A stretch of 64,000 nucleotides of DNA, from positions 4,526,001 through 4,590,000 of the forward strand of contig JBHGNT010000013.1 of NCBI GenBank assembly GCA_043228905.1. The letters run 5' to 3'. Shown piece by piece: positions 35,501-47,729 of the stretch (position 1 is the first letter of the stretch; every line of letters starts with the position of its first letter). A program made the translations under genes and the position numbers. This stretch comes from Azolla caroliniana. Lineage: Eukaryota > Plantae > Polypodiophyta. The notes below the pieces were generated by a model. The model was not told the DNA's origin. It did no database searches and saw only the letters and a list, made by a program, of their open reading frames with translations.

Positions 35501-36122
35501 TGATTTCAAATGTTATGGGTGTCATTGGCTTACATCTTGTAGTTAGCTTTAGTAGACTAGTTCCTTCACCCGAGGAAATTATACGGTTCATTGTATTGTA
35601 CACTGTTTTTATACTAACACCAATTACCTTAGATAGCTCACTGATGTTTATATCGTCAACATCACTATTAAGTAACATCATTAGACTAGACCTTTTTAAG
35701 ACAAGATCATCTTCTGACCTGCTCATGGATACGAAACTATTACGAAGATTATTTACTAAAATAGATGATATGTTTGCATTAAGACCATCACAATCAACTA
35801 AGTCCTTTATCGATGGATCATTACATATTCCATAAAGTACTACCTTCTTTTCTTCATTGTTGATGTGCTTGGTTTGAACATTGAAATAGTCTACAACCTT
35901 TCTCTCTATGATGGTAGTCGCATTACTTACATTCTCAGCTAAACTATCCTTACCTTTACTGAGTGTGGCTTTCGTATCCTTCAACAATTGACGATGTTTC
36001 CTTTTTTTTTCTGCCCAATAGTTTCGTATGGCTTGTTGTGTCCTGATAACATCATCCCTATCCTTATGATCATTGAGGGGTAATTCTAAACACCCTTCTT
36101 CCCCTTCCATTTGGCTAGACAT
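32515..36122 (-). CDS. Sola2-like DDD transposase, 2 exons (36122-35373, 34356-32515), ~863 aa, apparently intact
   Basis: Motifs VDFAENYTFKQQNEIQSMHW, FISDDKKHD, WSDGAASQFK and FFGSGHGKGEHDGAGAVIKR, plus Cys-rich zinc-finger-like segments. The phase-0 intron has CAG|GTATTT and GCAG| ends and joins LLDVPQ to VDLFIRFKRMHP. Confidence 0.85.
34388..35300. repeat. AGCTAATTAGCT 20-bp satellite array in the transposase intron
   Basis: About 35-40 units of GTAGCTAATTAGCTATCATG and variants. Confidence 0.95.
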
Positions 36123-36454
36123 GTTAAAACCCTAAATTTCCAGAAAAAAAAACAAGTATTAAAGATGGCTATGGGCAACAACAATACACAAAAATATTCC
36201 ACACAATACACAAGATTAGACACAACAATACACAAGATAATCAATAGACAGAAAAGTTATTGCAATCCAAGACCGAACAGTAGAGGATTTCACTCTGTTG
36301 GATCCAACAGTTGAGGAGGCGATCCAAGACCGACCAATGGCAACAACTGAGTGTAGAATGTTGCCGTTGGATGAGTGAACTCCGTCAAATCGAAATGTGG
36401 AAGCAATCCGGGACTGGACAGTAGTGGCAACTGAGTATAGAATGATGGCAATGG

Positions 36455-37190
36455 AGGAGAGAACCCCGTCAGATTGAACAGTTACCGATGATGCTTGAAA
36501 CGCACATAGAAGGCACTTGAGAATAGAGTGGCATAGAGAAGAGAACCCCGTCAGATTGAACAGTTACCAATGATGCTTGAAACGCACAGTAGCGGCCCCT
36601 GAGTGAGAGTGGAAAAGAGAAGAGAACCCCGTCAGATTGAACAGTTACCAATGATGCTTGAAACGCACAGTAGCGGCCCCTGAGTGAGAGTGGAAAAGAG
36701 AAGAGAACCCCGTCAGATTGAATAGCTCTTCGATTATGCTTGGAACGCACAGTAGCAACCCCTGAGTGTAGAGTGGCAAAGAGAAGAGAACCCCGTCAGA
36801 TTGAACAACTCTTTGATGATGCTTGGAACGCACAGCAGCGGCCCCTGAGTGTAGAGTGGCACAGAGAAGAGAACCCCCTCAGATTGAACAGCTCTTTGAT
36901 GATGCTTGGAACGCACAGTAATGGCCCCTGAGTGTAGAGTGGCACAGAGAAGAGAACCCCCTCAGATTGAACAGCTCTTTGATGATGCTTGGAACGCACA
37001 GTAATGGCCCCTGAGTGTAGAGTGGCACAGAGAAGAGAACCCCGTCAGATTGAACAACTCTTTGATGATGCTTGGAATGCACAATAGTGGCCCCTGAGTG
37101 TAGAGTGTCACAGAGAAGAGAACCCCGTCAGATTGAGCAGCTCTTTGATGATGCTTGGAACGCACAGTAGCAGCCCCTCAGTGTAGAGTG
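36455..37190. repeat. ~83-bp subterminal tandem repeat of E (about 9 units; about 8 more at 37636-38290)
   Basis: Unit GAGAAGAGAACCCCGTCAGATTGAACAGCTCTTTGATGATGCTTGGAACGCACAGTAGCGGCCCCTGAGTGTAGAGTGGCACA. Confidence 0.93.
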
Positions 37191-37583
37191 GCGGCAGGTG
37201 GACTCGATAGGGTTTAGCAACAGTGGTAAGCTGTAGCAACTAACCCACAGTACTCAACTAGAGATGGCCTACGTGATGTGGCAAAGGATCATGCATAATG
37301 GACCTAGGAATTCGATATATAATTTATGGTACACATTTATGGTGCACACATCAATTTATGTTGCACATTTATGGCACTCATTTACATATGTAATTAAAAC
37401 ACTCTAGTATTTTCAATGGTAGTTTTTTGCATACTTAATTTATTAATGATGGCTTTTTACTAAAATGACTATTTATCAATGGTAGCTTTTTGCATAGCTA
37501 ATTAGCTATGTCAAGGACATAGCTAATTGTTTCCACTCGCATGCTTTCACCCTACTAGCAAAACAATAGCTAATTGAGTAGTG

Positions 37584-38645
37584 GCAATCCGGGACTGGAC
37601 AGTAGTGGCAACTGAGTATAGAATGATGGCAATGGAGGAGAGAACCCCGTCAGATTGAACAGTTACCGATGATGCTTGAAACGCACATAGAAGGCACTTG
37701 AGAATAGAGTGGCATAGAGAAGAGAACCCCGTCAGATTGAACAGTTACCAATGATGCTTGAAACGCACAGTAGCGGCCCCTGAGTGAGAGTGGAAAAGAG
37801 AAGAGAACCCCGTCAGATTGAATAGCTCTTTGATTATGCTTGGAACGCACAGTAGCAACCCCTGAGTGTAGAGTGGCAAAGAGAAGAGAACCCCGTCAGA
37901 TTGAACAGCTCTTTGATGATGCTTGGAACGCACAGCAGCGGCCCCTGAGTGTAGAGTGGCACAGAGAAGAGAACCCCCTCAGATTGAACAGCTCTTTGAT
38001 GATGCTTGGAACGCACAGTAATGGCCCCTGAGTGTAGAGTGGCACAGAGAAGAGAACCCCCTCAGATTGAACAGCTCTTTGATGATGCTTGGAACGCACA
38101 GTAATGGCCCCTGAGTGTAGAGTGGCACAGAGAAGAGAACCCCGTCAGATTGAACAGCTCTTTGATGATGCTTGGAATGCACAGTAGTGGCCCCTAAGTG
38201 TAGAGTGTCACAGAGAAGAGAACCCCGTCAGATTGAGCAGCTCTTTGATGATGCTTGGAACGCACAGTAGCAGCCCCTCAGTGTAGAGTGGCGGCAGGTG
38301 GACTCGATAGTGTTTAGCAACAGTGGTAGCAACTAACCCACAGTACTCAACTAGAGATGGCCTACGTGATGTGGCAAAGGATCATGCATAATGGACCTAG
38401 GAATTCGATATATAATTTATGGTACACATTTATGGTGCACACATCAATTTATGTTGCACATTTATGGCACTCATTTACATATGTAATTAAAACACTCTAG
38501 TATTTTCAATGGTAGTTTTTTGCATACTTAATTTATTAATGATGGCTTTTTACTAAAATGACTATTTATCAATGGTAGCTTTTTGCATAGCTAATTAGCT
38601 ATGTCAAGGACATAGCTAATTGTTTCCACTCGCATGCTTTCACCC
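37584..38645. repeat. Tandem duplicate of the right end of E (copy of 36403-37552, including the TIR)
   Basis: Internal TIR copy at 37528-37552, followed by a 31-bp spacer at 37553-37583. Confidence 0.93.
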
Positions 38646-38649
38646 TTTT

Positions 38650-38954
38650 ACCAAACTGTCCCAAGCTTCTTTTGGGAGCATAGCATCTTGTATGTGCCCA
38701 AGCATCGAATCTGAGATGCTAAGTGAGAGCCAATGCATTACCTTCCTTGCCCCTTGATGCCAATCTTTGAATGCTTTAATCTGTGCTGCTGTGGCATTTT
38801 CTTATGGGATCTCCAGAACCTCTTGTAGGTCTCCTTCAATGTAATCCCAGTATCCTTTCCCCATCAGGAAATTTGGCATTCTAAATTTCCACACCGGGAA
38901 ATTGTTTTTATCTAGTTTCTCTGTAACTATTTGGCTCACATTCTCTGCAGCCAT
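38650..38954 (-). pseudogene. Copia D gag N-terminus
   Basis: MAAENVSQIVTEKLDKNNFPVWKFRM starts downstream of the PBS and joins 25848 after removing E. Confidence 0.85.
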
Positions 38955-39615
38955 TATCTCTTCCAAACTAGGTTTTCTGTTACAATTACTTCAACAAGTA
39001 ACTTTCTGATTCAGATAAGCAACCAGAGAAATACCTTTCTCAGTTCTATGCACTTCTGTACTCTTCTTTATGAGCAACTCGCTCTGATACCAAGTTAAGA
39101 AAACGTGAAGAAGGCACTTGGGCTCTTCTTATGTGCGCGGCGGATCGTGGTGTGCTAGATCGTTTGGTGCTCAAACACAGAAGGGAAGGGGGAAGGAGAC
39201 TTACCTCTGTAGCAACCAAAACTTCTTCTACTTCATTACACGTAGAGCTCTACTTGCTCTCGTCTGTTTCTCTCTTCTACTCTCACTCTCTGAGTTCTAC
39301 CTCTCTATCTTCACTCTCTCTCTCAGAGTTCTACTTCCTGTGTTTCTTACTTACCTACTCTCTTACTTTTTACCTAAGTAATAAGTTACTTATGTATGCA
39401 GCTAATTAGCTGCCTGTAGGTAATTAGCTGTCAGTCGCTAAATAGTTGTCAGTCGCTAAATAGCTGTCAATAGCTAAATAGCTGTTAGTAGCGAATTAGC
39501 TGTCAGTAGCTAATTAACTGTTTCTCCTTTATGTTCACAAGTAGCTAAGTAGCTACTATAGCTTATTTCCCAATAAGCATCACATACCATGTTGAGCTTG
39601 CTTCTCAACAAAGGG

Positions 39616-41254
39616 GAGGCCCTATGTGGGTTGCCCTTGCTAGATTTGGGCCGAGAACTCCCTGTCTGTCTGTGTCGCTCATTCCATGACGACCGGAGGT
39701 GGTGGCGTTTGCATGGAGGCTTGGCCGGTTTGGGGGTGCGGGCTGATATCTGCCTGTGGCGATGGCTCACTTGTCTGTACCGAGTCTGTCATTGTGTTGG
39801 CCTCCCCCGTGGCTACCTTCGGGTGGGCGGTGTCGTCCTTGTGTGCGTCAGTAGCTTCAGCACTCGGCCTCAGGTTTGGAAGAGTGGCTGGTGAGACAAC
39901 GTCACTTGGCACAGGGAGGCTTAAGGGCGGCTGTTGCTGCGGAATGTCGCCAATTTCTGCTCGGCGGCTTGCCATAGGTCGGTAGCCCATTTGGCTTGCT
40001 GATGTGCCATTTTGATATGTCGGGCCATGTCCTTGGCTGCCCGAGTAGTGTGGTGCAGATTGCGATATCCAAGGCCATGTTCAGATCTGGTAGTTCTATG
40101 AGAAGCGAAGCATTCTGTGCTTGCTTCTTCCGTCCTATCTTCTGTAAGGCTCGATTGTCGTGAGGTTTAATTTCACCCATTAGAGCGCGTTGAATCATCT
40201 TCGTTTCAGCGTGCTCCTCGGCCATACAAGCGGCGGTAGCTACTTGGGCGCACGCGAGGAAATCCATTAACTCATAAGTTGTGCCCGGTCGAAGTAGTGC
40301 ACTGAACTCGTATGCCTCCACGAGGAGATCTTTGTAACCGAGGACTTCCTCCTCTGATATCTATGTGGTTTGTCCATGCTCGATCGTATCGACTTGGAGC
40401 CATGACTCCGCTGGTACTATGTCCGTGGAGGTGGGGCTGGCTTGTGGGCCGTGGGCTCGGTTGCGGAGAGGTCATTGATATCGTTGTTGGTTTCTGCCGT
40501 ATGGTGACATCCTCAAGGAAGGGCTCCTCGGCCTCGTCCCATTCGACACGGGTCGCTGCTACCGCCCGTTGTCTTTGTGTTTTTGGTGGGGGTGGTGCTG
40601 AGCGGAAGTGGGGTTCCGTACGCTTGAGGGAGGTGGAGAAGGCGAGGGGTCTTCCCATTCTTCCTGGGTTATCGCCAAAATCTTCTCCCTTTGTTTCCTT
40701 GGTGGTGGTGGACAGGTCAGGATGTGACGAGGGGAAATCGGAGGGGGTGGGTAGAGGACTGTGCGGAAGTGATTGATCATAGGCAACAAATGCTTATCGG
40801 TTTGGAAGGATTCGAGCGCCACACGGACTCCTTCACATGTGATGATTCCCCAATCGATTTTGTTTCCCTCCTATGCATTGATAATGATCGCCGCTTTGTT
40901 CTGTGGCATACTTGTAGGGTTGGTATGCACGAACGCGTACTCCATCAGGATGCGAGCGATTTCTCCGAATACCTTGTTGGATCCACCGTAGGTGCGATAG
41001 GCCTTACCAGATATGGAATACGCACCAAAGTATTCCTTCAGGCTTGTGGAAGGGGGAATCTCGACTTCATGATCACCTCCTTGCTTCAGGTCCAAAGCAG
41101 CACGAATCATATTGTTGGTGACTGTGTCCGGGTGGATTAGGCGTGCAATCGCTTGGGCATCAGGGTGTGTAGGGGCATCGATCACCTTTAAATAACCACC
41201 CAATCCTCGTTCCTGAAGCCATGAGCAGGTTTCCTGTGAAGCTGCAAGAGGCAT
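39616..41254 (-). pseudogene. Gypsy A accessory ORF, N-terminal part
   Basis: EYFGAYSISGKAYRTYGGSNKVFGEIARILMEY matches B's EYFGEYSISSKAYRTQGGENLLFGEVARAMMEY. Confidence 0.82.
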
Positions 41255-41789
41255 AATGGATTCGGGGTTCTGATGTGTGGAAGATTGGGGAAGGAGGATG
41301 AGACTTGGTCGAGACAGAGTGAGGGAAGGAGATGGTTGTGGTGCAACAGAGGGGCTCCGAGGACAAGAGAGGGCTTGTGAGCAAGAGCGGTAAGAGCGAT
41401 GAAAGCACTGAGAGCAAGAGGAGGCTTGAGAGCGTGGGAGTGATGAAGGCTGGGTGTGCAAGAAAACGTCTGTGTGTGGGGTGTGCTTGGGTAACTGTTT
41501 CTTAGCGAATGCCTAGGGTTTTGTGCATGAAGAGGAGCCTGGAGATTCTTGGTCGTGGATGCCATAATAGGATATTATGGCCACGTGTCCTAGGGAGTTA
41601 GTGTTGTGCATGTGCCTTTAAATACTTAAGTGAATGTGAAAGTGACTAGTGTGTGCCTCTAAACATGATGTGATTTGGGTGATGTGGTAGGTGGTTTAGG
41701 TGGAACTAACTAATTGCTAAAACTATGCCTAATCCTACCTAATGTATACTTTGGAATGTTGGTGGGTTCTTACCGAGGGGGACACGTGG

Positions 41790-44700
41790 CCTCCTTCGTG
41801 GCATTGTCCGTGCCGTGAGACTCGGCGAAAGGGTTGGCTAGGGTATTTCCCTGGTACGGTCGCAGTCGGAATCCATTCACCCAGCTTTTGACAATTTCCC
41901 CGACGAGGGTGCTGAGCTAGAACGTGCCGTTAAACTCGTCAATAATCCAGAAGGGGCCGGTTCATCGAAATCGTAACTTTCTTGGCATAGCACCGAGTCG
42001 CGTCTGGAAAACGGGACCAGTTTGCCTATGGTCAGTTCTTGTTCCAATCGTCTCCGATGTTGGTCCACAAATGCTTTCCGTTATCATTGGTGCTGTTCAA
42101 GTTGGGCCATGCTCGCTACTCGGTCCTTGCCAAGTTCGTGGAGTTGTTCCAGCCTCAATTGTTCGGATTGGGCCTCGAGGAGCCGTGCTTTAACTTGAAC
42201 TCGGAGACTCGGAACTTGGAACTCGATGGTCAGAATGGCTTCGAGACCAAAAGCCATCCGAAACGGGGTGGATTGAATGCTCGTTTTGAATGTAGTGCGA
42301 TAAGCCCATAGTGCAGTCTGGAGCTTGTCATCCCAATCGGTGCGGTTCTCGTTGACGATCTTCTTCAGGATTGTTTGGAGAATTTTGTTAGTCGATTCGG
42401 CCAATCCGTTTGCCTACGAGTAGTATGGTGTACTTTTCTTATGTACAACCGCGTAGTGTGTCATAAGCTCGTGTATTATATGGTTTATAAAGTGCCCACC
42501 TTGGTCACTAACGAGTTCAATTGGGCATCCATAACGGCACCAGAGATGCTCGTACACGAATTTAGTCGTGGATGCTGCCATGTTGTCTTGTAAAGCCTTT
42601 GCCTCGATCCATTTTGTGTCGTAGTCTGTGGCCATGATGATATACTTATTACCGTTTCGGGCTGCAGCTGGTTTGAAGGGTCCCACAAAATCTAACCCCC
42701 ATTTTTGAAATGGTTCCAATGGAAGAATGGGTTGGTGTGGCATTCGAGCTTGTTCCATCAGCTATCCCAACCGTTGGCAAAAGTCGCACTGCCGACAGAA
42801 CTCGTGGGCATCCTTTTTCGTTTTAGGCCACCATAACCCACTCTGCCATACTTTCCTTGCCATGGACTCTCCGGCGTAGTGTCCACCGGGGATTCCTAGG
42901 TGTGCCTCTTGGAGGATGGCCTTCTTCTCGAATTGTCGAATTGCCCAGCGCCATATTCCGTCCGAGCCTTTGTGGTAGAGGATGTCGGAAACGAGACAAA
43001 AGTTTCGGCTACGTACTGCAAGTCGTTTCTGTACATCGAGGGCCATGTGGTCGGGAGGCAGGCTAGTACTAAGGAAATGGGTCATCTCCGTGAGATGAAA
43101 TAGGCTGGCATCGGGTAAATCGTCATACGTGGACTCGGCAAGGTCTCTTAACTCGAGGCGGCTTAGGTAGTCAGCTACGGCGTGTTGGACTCTAGGTCGA
43201 TGCTGTATATGAAAATCAAACTCTTGTAACAGGAGCATCTATCGAGCCAGTCGACCTGTCAGGGCTTGTTTATTGACCAGGTAAAGGAGGGCCGAGTGAT
43301 CGACGTGAAATGTGAATTTTCGGCCTAAGAGGTAATGCCGAAATTTACTGATGTTGTAGATCATACCGAGGGCCTCTCGTTCGGTGGTTGAATAGTTCTT
43401 TTCCGCGGCCGAGAGACGTCGGCTAGCATAATATACTGGCCAATACCAATTTGGGGGCGTGCATTGCATAAGTGCACTCCCGATGGTGATATCTGATGCG
43501 TCCACGAAGACGTGAAAAGGTTCCGATCATATCGGGAGCTGTACCACTGGGGCATGCGAGAGCATTAATTTCAAAGTTTGGTAAGCCTCGTCCTCGATTG
43601 AGGTCCATTGAAAAGGAAGTCGATGCACCGCTGTGTGGAGTGGTGTCGCGAAATCGGCCACGTGGCGTATCATCCGGTTGTGCCATCTGATTTGTCCCAG
43701 AAATCGGCTGAGGGTCTTTGCATTCGAGGGTGCGGAAGTATTTAGGATGGCTTGTACTTTATCCGGGTCCATGGCGATACCTTCTTGACTGACGATGTGC
43801 CCAAGTAGGTTGCCGCTTGTCACCAAAAACGCGCATTTTGCCGGGTTTAAACTTAACCAAGCCTAGCGACATTGGTCAAGACAGAGACGTAACTGGGTCA
43901 TGTGGTCCAATCGCTGGCCATACACGACGAAGTCGTCGAGAAAGACTTGCATGAATGCCGGGATATACTCGGTAAAAATTTCGGTGATAATGCGTTGGAA
44001 CGTGGCTAGCACCGTTTTCAAGCTGAACATCATTACTTCTGCCACGAAAACACCCCATTCTGTGACAAATGTTGTTTTCTCTTGATCATCAGGGTGCATT
44101 CTGATTTGGTTGTAACCACTGAACCCGTCTAGACAGTTGTAGCATTCGTGACCTAGCACCGTGTCGAGAACGCTATCCGTGAACGGGAGAGGGAATCCAT
44201 CCGTGACCGTTGTAGCATTAAGCTTGCAGTAGTTGACGCAGACTCGGATTTTCCCGTTTTTCTTGGGGACAACTACGATTGGGCTTAACCATGTGGCGCG
44301 TTTTACAGGTCATATGAACCCGACTCGGAGGAGCTTTTCTATTTCTTCCTTGACCTTAGCCGCATAATTGGGGTTCATCAGGTATCGTCTTTGCTGAACT
44401 GGCCGAGCGTCAGGGAGAAGATGGATTTGGTGTTGGTAGTATTGAGGGTCCAAACCCTTCATATCCGTGTAAGACCATGTGAATACATCTTGGTAATCGG
44501 TGAGTAAGTGTATGAGGGCTGCTCGTTCGCTGGCTGGTAAGTTATTAGCAATCTGTAGGTTGCTAGGGTTCTCGTCCGAACCGAGGTTTAGTGTTTCGAG
44601 CGTTGATGCCTTCACTCGTTGGGAGATGGCGAGTTCATGTTCAAAAGCGTCCCGACCGTGTCGTAATTCTGCGATGGTGGTAGGATCGGGCTCATCCTGG

Positions 44701-47200
44701 GGAGGTGTATTCTCCGTCAGCTCCTCGTCTAGAGGTGTGCCGACGGCCGACATGGCATCGATTTCGAAGAGAGGTATGATAGTGGGATGGTCTTCTAGGA
44801 AGTCATCCAACTCGTCATCGGCTAACCCGTCGAGCATGTGCACCCCTTCCGCATATAACGGCGAGGTGTTGTGGGGCGTGGTTACGTGTTCTTCGGTTGT
44901 CATCCGAACCTTGGTCTTTCCTCGGCGAAACGAGATCATGTTGCGCTGCCAATGTTGTTTGATATTTGTTGTGCGCAACCATGGTCTGCCCAGTAACATT
45001 GGGTAAGCCCCCTGTGCTTCGAGTCGTAATACAACAACCGAGATAGTGAACATGTTGCCTCCTAGAGTAAAGTCGAGGTGGCGGATTAATCCGATGGAGG
45101 GAACCAATCGTGTGTGGGCCATCCAAAGCCAAAAGGGGAAAGGTTCCCATTGATTCAGGCCAAGTTTATGATAGGTAGCCTCGCTGATGACATTCACGCA
45201 AGAGCCGTCGTCGATTATGCACCCGTGCAGGTCCCATCCTTTAATCATAATTTTTATGTCTGGATTCTATGCATCCATGAGGGGTGGACCCGTTCCTAGC
45301 TCGGTCAGGTGCACAGGTGGCGCGGTGGAATGGGTGTTGGCCATGAGTGTAGCCAAGGTGTCCCGAAAATGCGGCATGAGTGGTAAGAGTTTATGTAGAG
45401 GCAGGAAGATCCTGGAACTAGTAAGGACGTCCCACAGATGGTCATCTTCTGTCGACGTGGATGGTGCCGAGGACTGTGTTGCTCCGATGGTTGCATCTCC
45501 CATTTCTGTTTGCATCCGCACCACATTGTTTTTGTTGGCCGTATCAATCCATTCTTTGGCTGCTTGCCGGACTTCATCTTGTACTTGCCATGGGGTGGCC
45601 TAGGCTTTACTGCGTGTTGTGACGTTTTGCACGTCGGCCATAATACTATTCACGACAGGAGCCTTTCCGCAGTCTATTGTTAGGCATTGCGTAGCGTAGT
45701 GACCGGGTTGGTTGCACTTGAAGCAGGTAACGACAACCGAGTTGCTGGTGCCAGTCCGATCTGTGTGTGTGGGGGGGTGCGGTTGATTCCCGGCCTCGTG
45801 TGTTGGTGGGTTGGTCCAGGGCGCGTTCGAGCTACGCGGTTCATTTTGCGGGGGGTCCCGACGACGGTTGTCGTTATTCCTTCTGTTGTTGCGCGATCCT
45901 CGGTGAGAGTTGTGCCGATCATTACGGGAATTTCTCTAATCGTATCGGTCATCCCGATCATCTTCATTCCGATCATAATCGTCGTTTGCCCTATACTAGT
46001 CATCGTGATAGCGATCACGGCGGTCGTCCGATCTCCGTCGGTTGTCGTTTTGGTAACAGTCGTTGTCCCGACGGTAATCGTCGTCACGACGCCGTCTATC
46101 CAGCGATCGGGGTTGTTGGTTATCCTAGTTCCGGTAGGATTGTCTCTCGTCCTAACGAGAGTATGTATCCCTGGGCTCGATCTGGCGAACCGGGGCCGTC
46201 ATTGTGCGGTTGAGCATATTGTATTCACATTGTTCGACAGTGTGAGATCGGGACTGGCAGATCAGACACTGTGGTCAGTGAGGACATTCAAGGGCCAGAT
46301 GGCCCGATCCCGAGCAAACTGTGCATTGGAGGGCTTGGCGGAAGCGATTGTCCTCCTGGGGAAGGGCGCTTTGCAGTGAACTCATAGAGAAAGTCGTGCT
46401 TTGTTGAGTCCGATCGAGGGCGAGGACGACGCGCTATGACTTGCTCGATCGTTTGGTTGGCAAAATTAGTAAGTGTGAGAGTCATCCGTAGAGGCTCCCG
46501 TAAGCTGGACAAGAATGCGTCTGGAATGTGTTGTGTAGAGACATCGTCAACCACTTGTCTGTAGAGATCCCGGAACCGGATCATGAACTGTGCGATCGTC
46601 TCGTGCGGTTCTTGTCGCATGGAAAAGAACTGTTGGAGCAATTCTCGTTTGGGCACCTCATGATGGAACAGTTCTAGGAACTGCGTGCAAACGTCGTGGA
46701 GGGTGACAAACTCCCCTGTGTCGAGGCGAGAATACCATCGAGCAGTTGGTCCGTCGAGGGATAGTGTAAACTCGGCAATTTTTGAGGCCTCGATTTCGGC
46801 AGGTGAGAGTCGCTATGTTGAGTGGTTGGCCTGCCAGGTGGACACGAAGGATGGATGTGTGACTCCACGTCGGAGCTGTTGGTGTATCGTGGGTAAGGAT
46901 ACGACATGGTATCGAATTCGGGATCTTCCGGTAAAACCGGAAATGGGTTAAGGTCAGGGTGTGTGACCTCTAGAGGGCTTGGTGGAGAGGTTGGTGTGGA
47001 ATCAACTCGCGACCGAGTAGCAGGTGGCGAGGATTGCAACTGGTGAGGCTCCGATATTTCTTGTAAAAGACTAGTCCATGACCGCCGAGTCGGAAGTTCC
47101 TTCGACTGGCTGAGGGCGTCGGCCAGATGGCCGAGACCGCTTGGTGCGATTGGGCGCCGTAATGGCGGTTGAAGGTTGCCTTCAACTTAGTTCGCTGTGA
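41790..47200 (-). pseudogene. Gypsy A gag-pol, heavily degenerate
   Basis: Fragments YPYPRY, IIDDGSCVN, LDGFSGYNQI, FLDDF, DASD, KNYSTTEREALG, WGLDFVGP and SDQGGHF; many stops. Confidence 0.92.
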
Positions 47201-47231
47201 TCTCACAACTGTAACCGGGCGTGCCAAATTG

Positions 47232-47724
47232 TGTTATCCGTTCCTTTGGAAAACACCTTCGATGAGCCCACAGGCTATCGATGTCAAGGGATCATGTTAC
47301 GTGGAAACTTCTTCTACACGGGAAAAAGAGAACAAGGATCATACACGAGCTACAACCCGTTAAGTATGAACGTAGCCCGAATTACGAGTACGGGGAAAAT
47401 ACACAGATAGGAGTTTAGAAAAGACGAAACTTATATTCCATGATAAAGCTTACAGTGATTACAGTACTCGGCCTCAGCCGGAAATAGTACATACAAAGCT
47501 TGCTCCTATGATATTACTCTCGCTCAGAATGATCTAGGTATCTCTCCCCCTACAGAGGTACGCAGACCTCGGTTTATATACTTTTTCTTCATATAGAGCC
47601 GAGCGGTCGCCTGACTGTGAGGCTCGAAACTCGGCGTTTTCCTAACTCTACCTTCCTTACCTACTCACCTTACCTACCGACGTATTATATTTAACTAATT
47701 TATATTTCTGGCCTGTGGACAACA
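47232..47724 (-). repeat. 5' LTR of Gypsy A, followed by PBS TGGCACGCCCGG (47215-47226)
   Basis: Direct repeat of 3353-3845; the TGG-starting PBS lies 5 nt inside. Confidence 0.95.
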
Positions 47725-47729
47725 ACGAT

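Larger units (their letters stand above)
25853..38645. mobile_element. 12.8-kb TIR DNA transposon E, Sola2-like
   Basis: 25-bp TIRs GGGT(A/G)AAAGCATGCGAGTGGAAACA at 25853-25877 and 38621-38645, with a 4-bp TSD TTTT. Removing the element and one TSD restores D gag (AWDSLVKLFAVNTK). GRG termini, a 4-bp TSD and the transposase motifs fit Sola2 as I recall it. Confidence 0.88.
21290..39610 (-). mobile_element. Ty1/Copia element D (degenerate), host of DNA transposon E
   Basis: LTRs at 21290-21792 and 39093-39610. TSD AAGGG (21285-21289 / 39611-39615). PBS TGGTATCAGAGC at 39081-39092. PPT GAGGGGGAG at ~21793-21801. Confidence 0.95.
3353..47724 (-). mobile_element. Ty3/Gypsy LTR retrotransposon A (non-chromoviral, no extra RNase H seen), host of nested B, C, D and E
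   Basis: 493-bp LTRs at 3353-3845 and 47232-47724 (TGTT...AACA, about 25 mismatches counted by eye). TSD ACCAT 3348-3352 / ACGAT 47725-47729. Domain order gag-PR-RT-RH-INT. Confidence 0.93.

Noticed and set aside
36455-38290. CRISPR-like regular repeats
   Set aside because: The units are contiguous with no unique spacers, there are no cas genes, and the context is eukaryotic. The short ORFs here are translations of the repeat.
25853-38645. CACTA, hAT, MULE or PIF/Harbinger assignment for E
   Set aside because: The 4-bp TSD and the transposase motifs do not fit CACTA (3 bp, CACT termini), hAT (8 bp), MULE (9-11 bp) or PIF/Harbinger (3-bp TWA).
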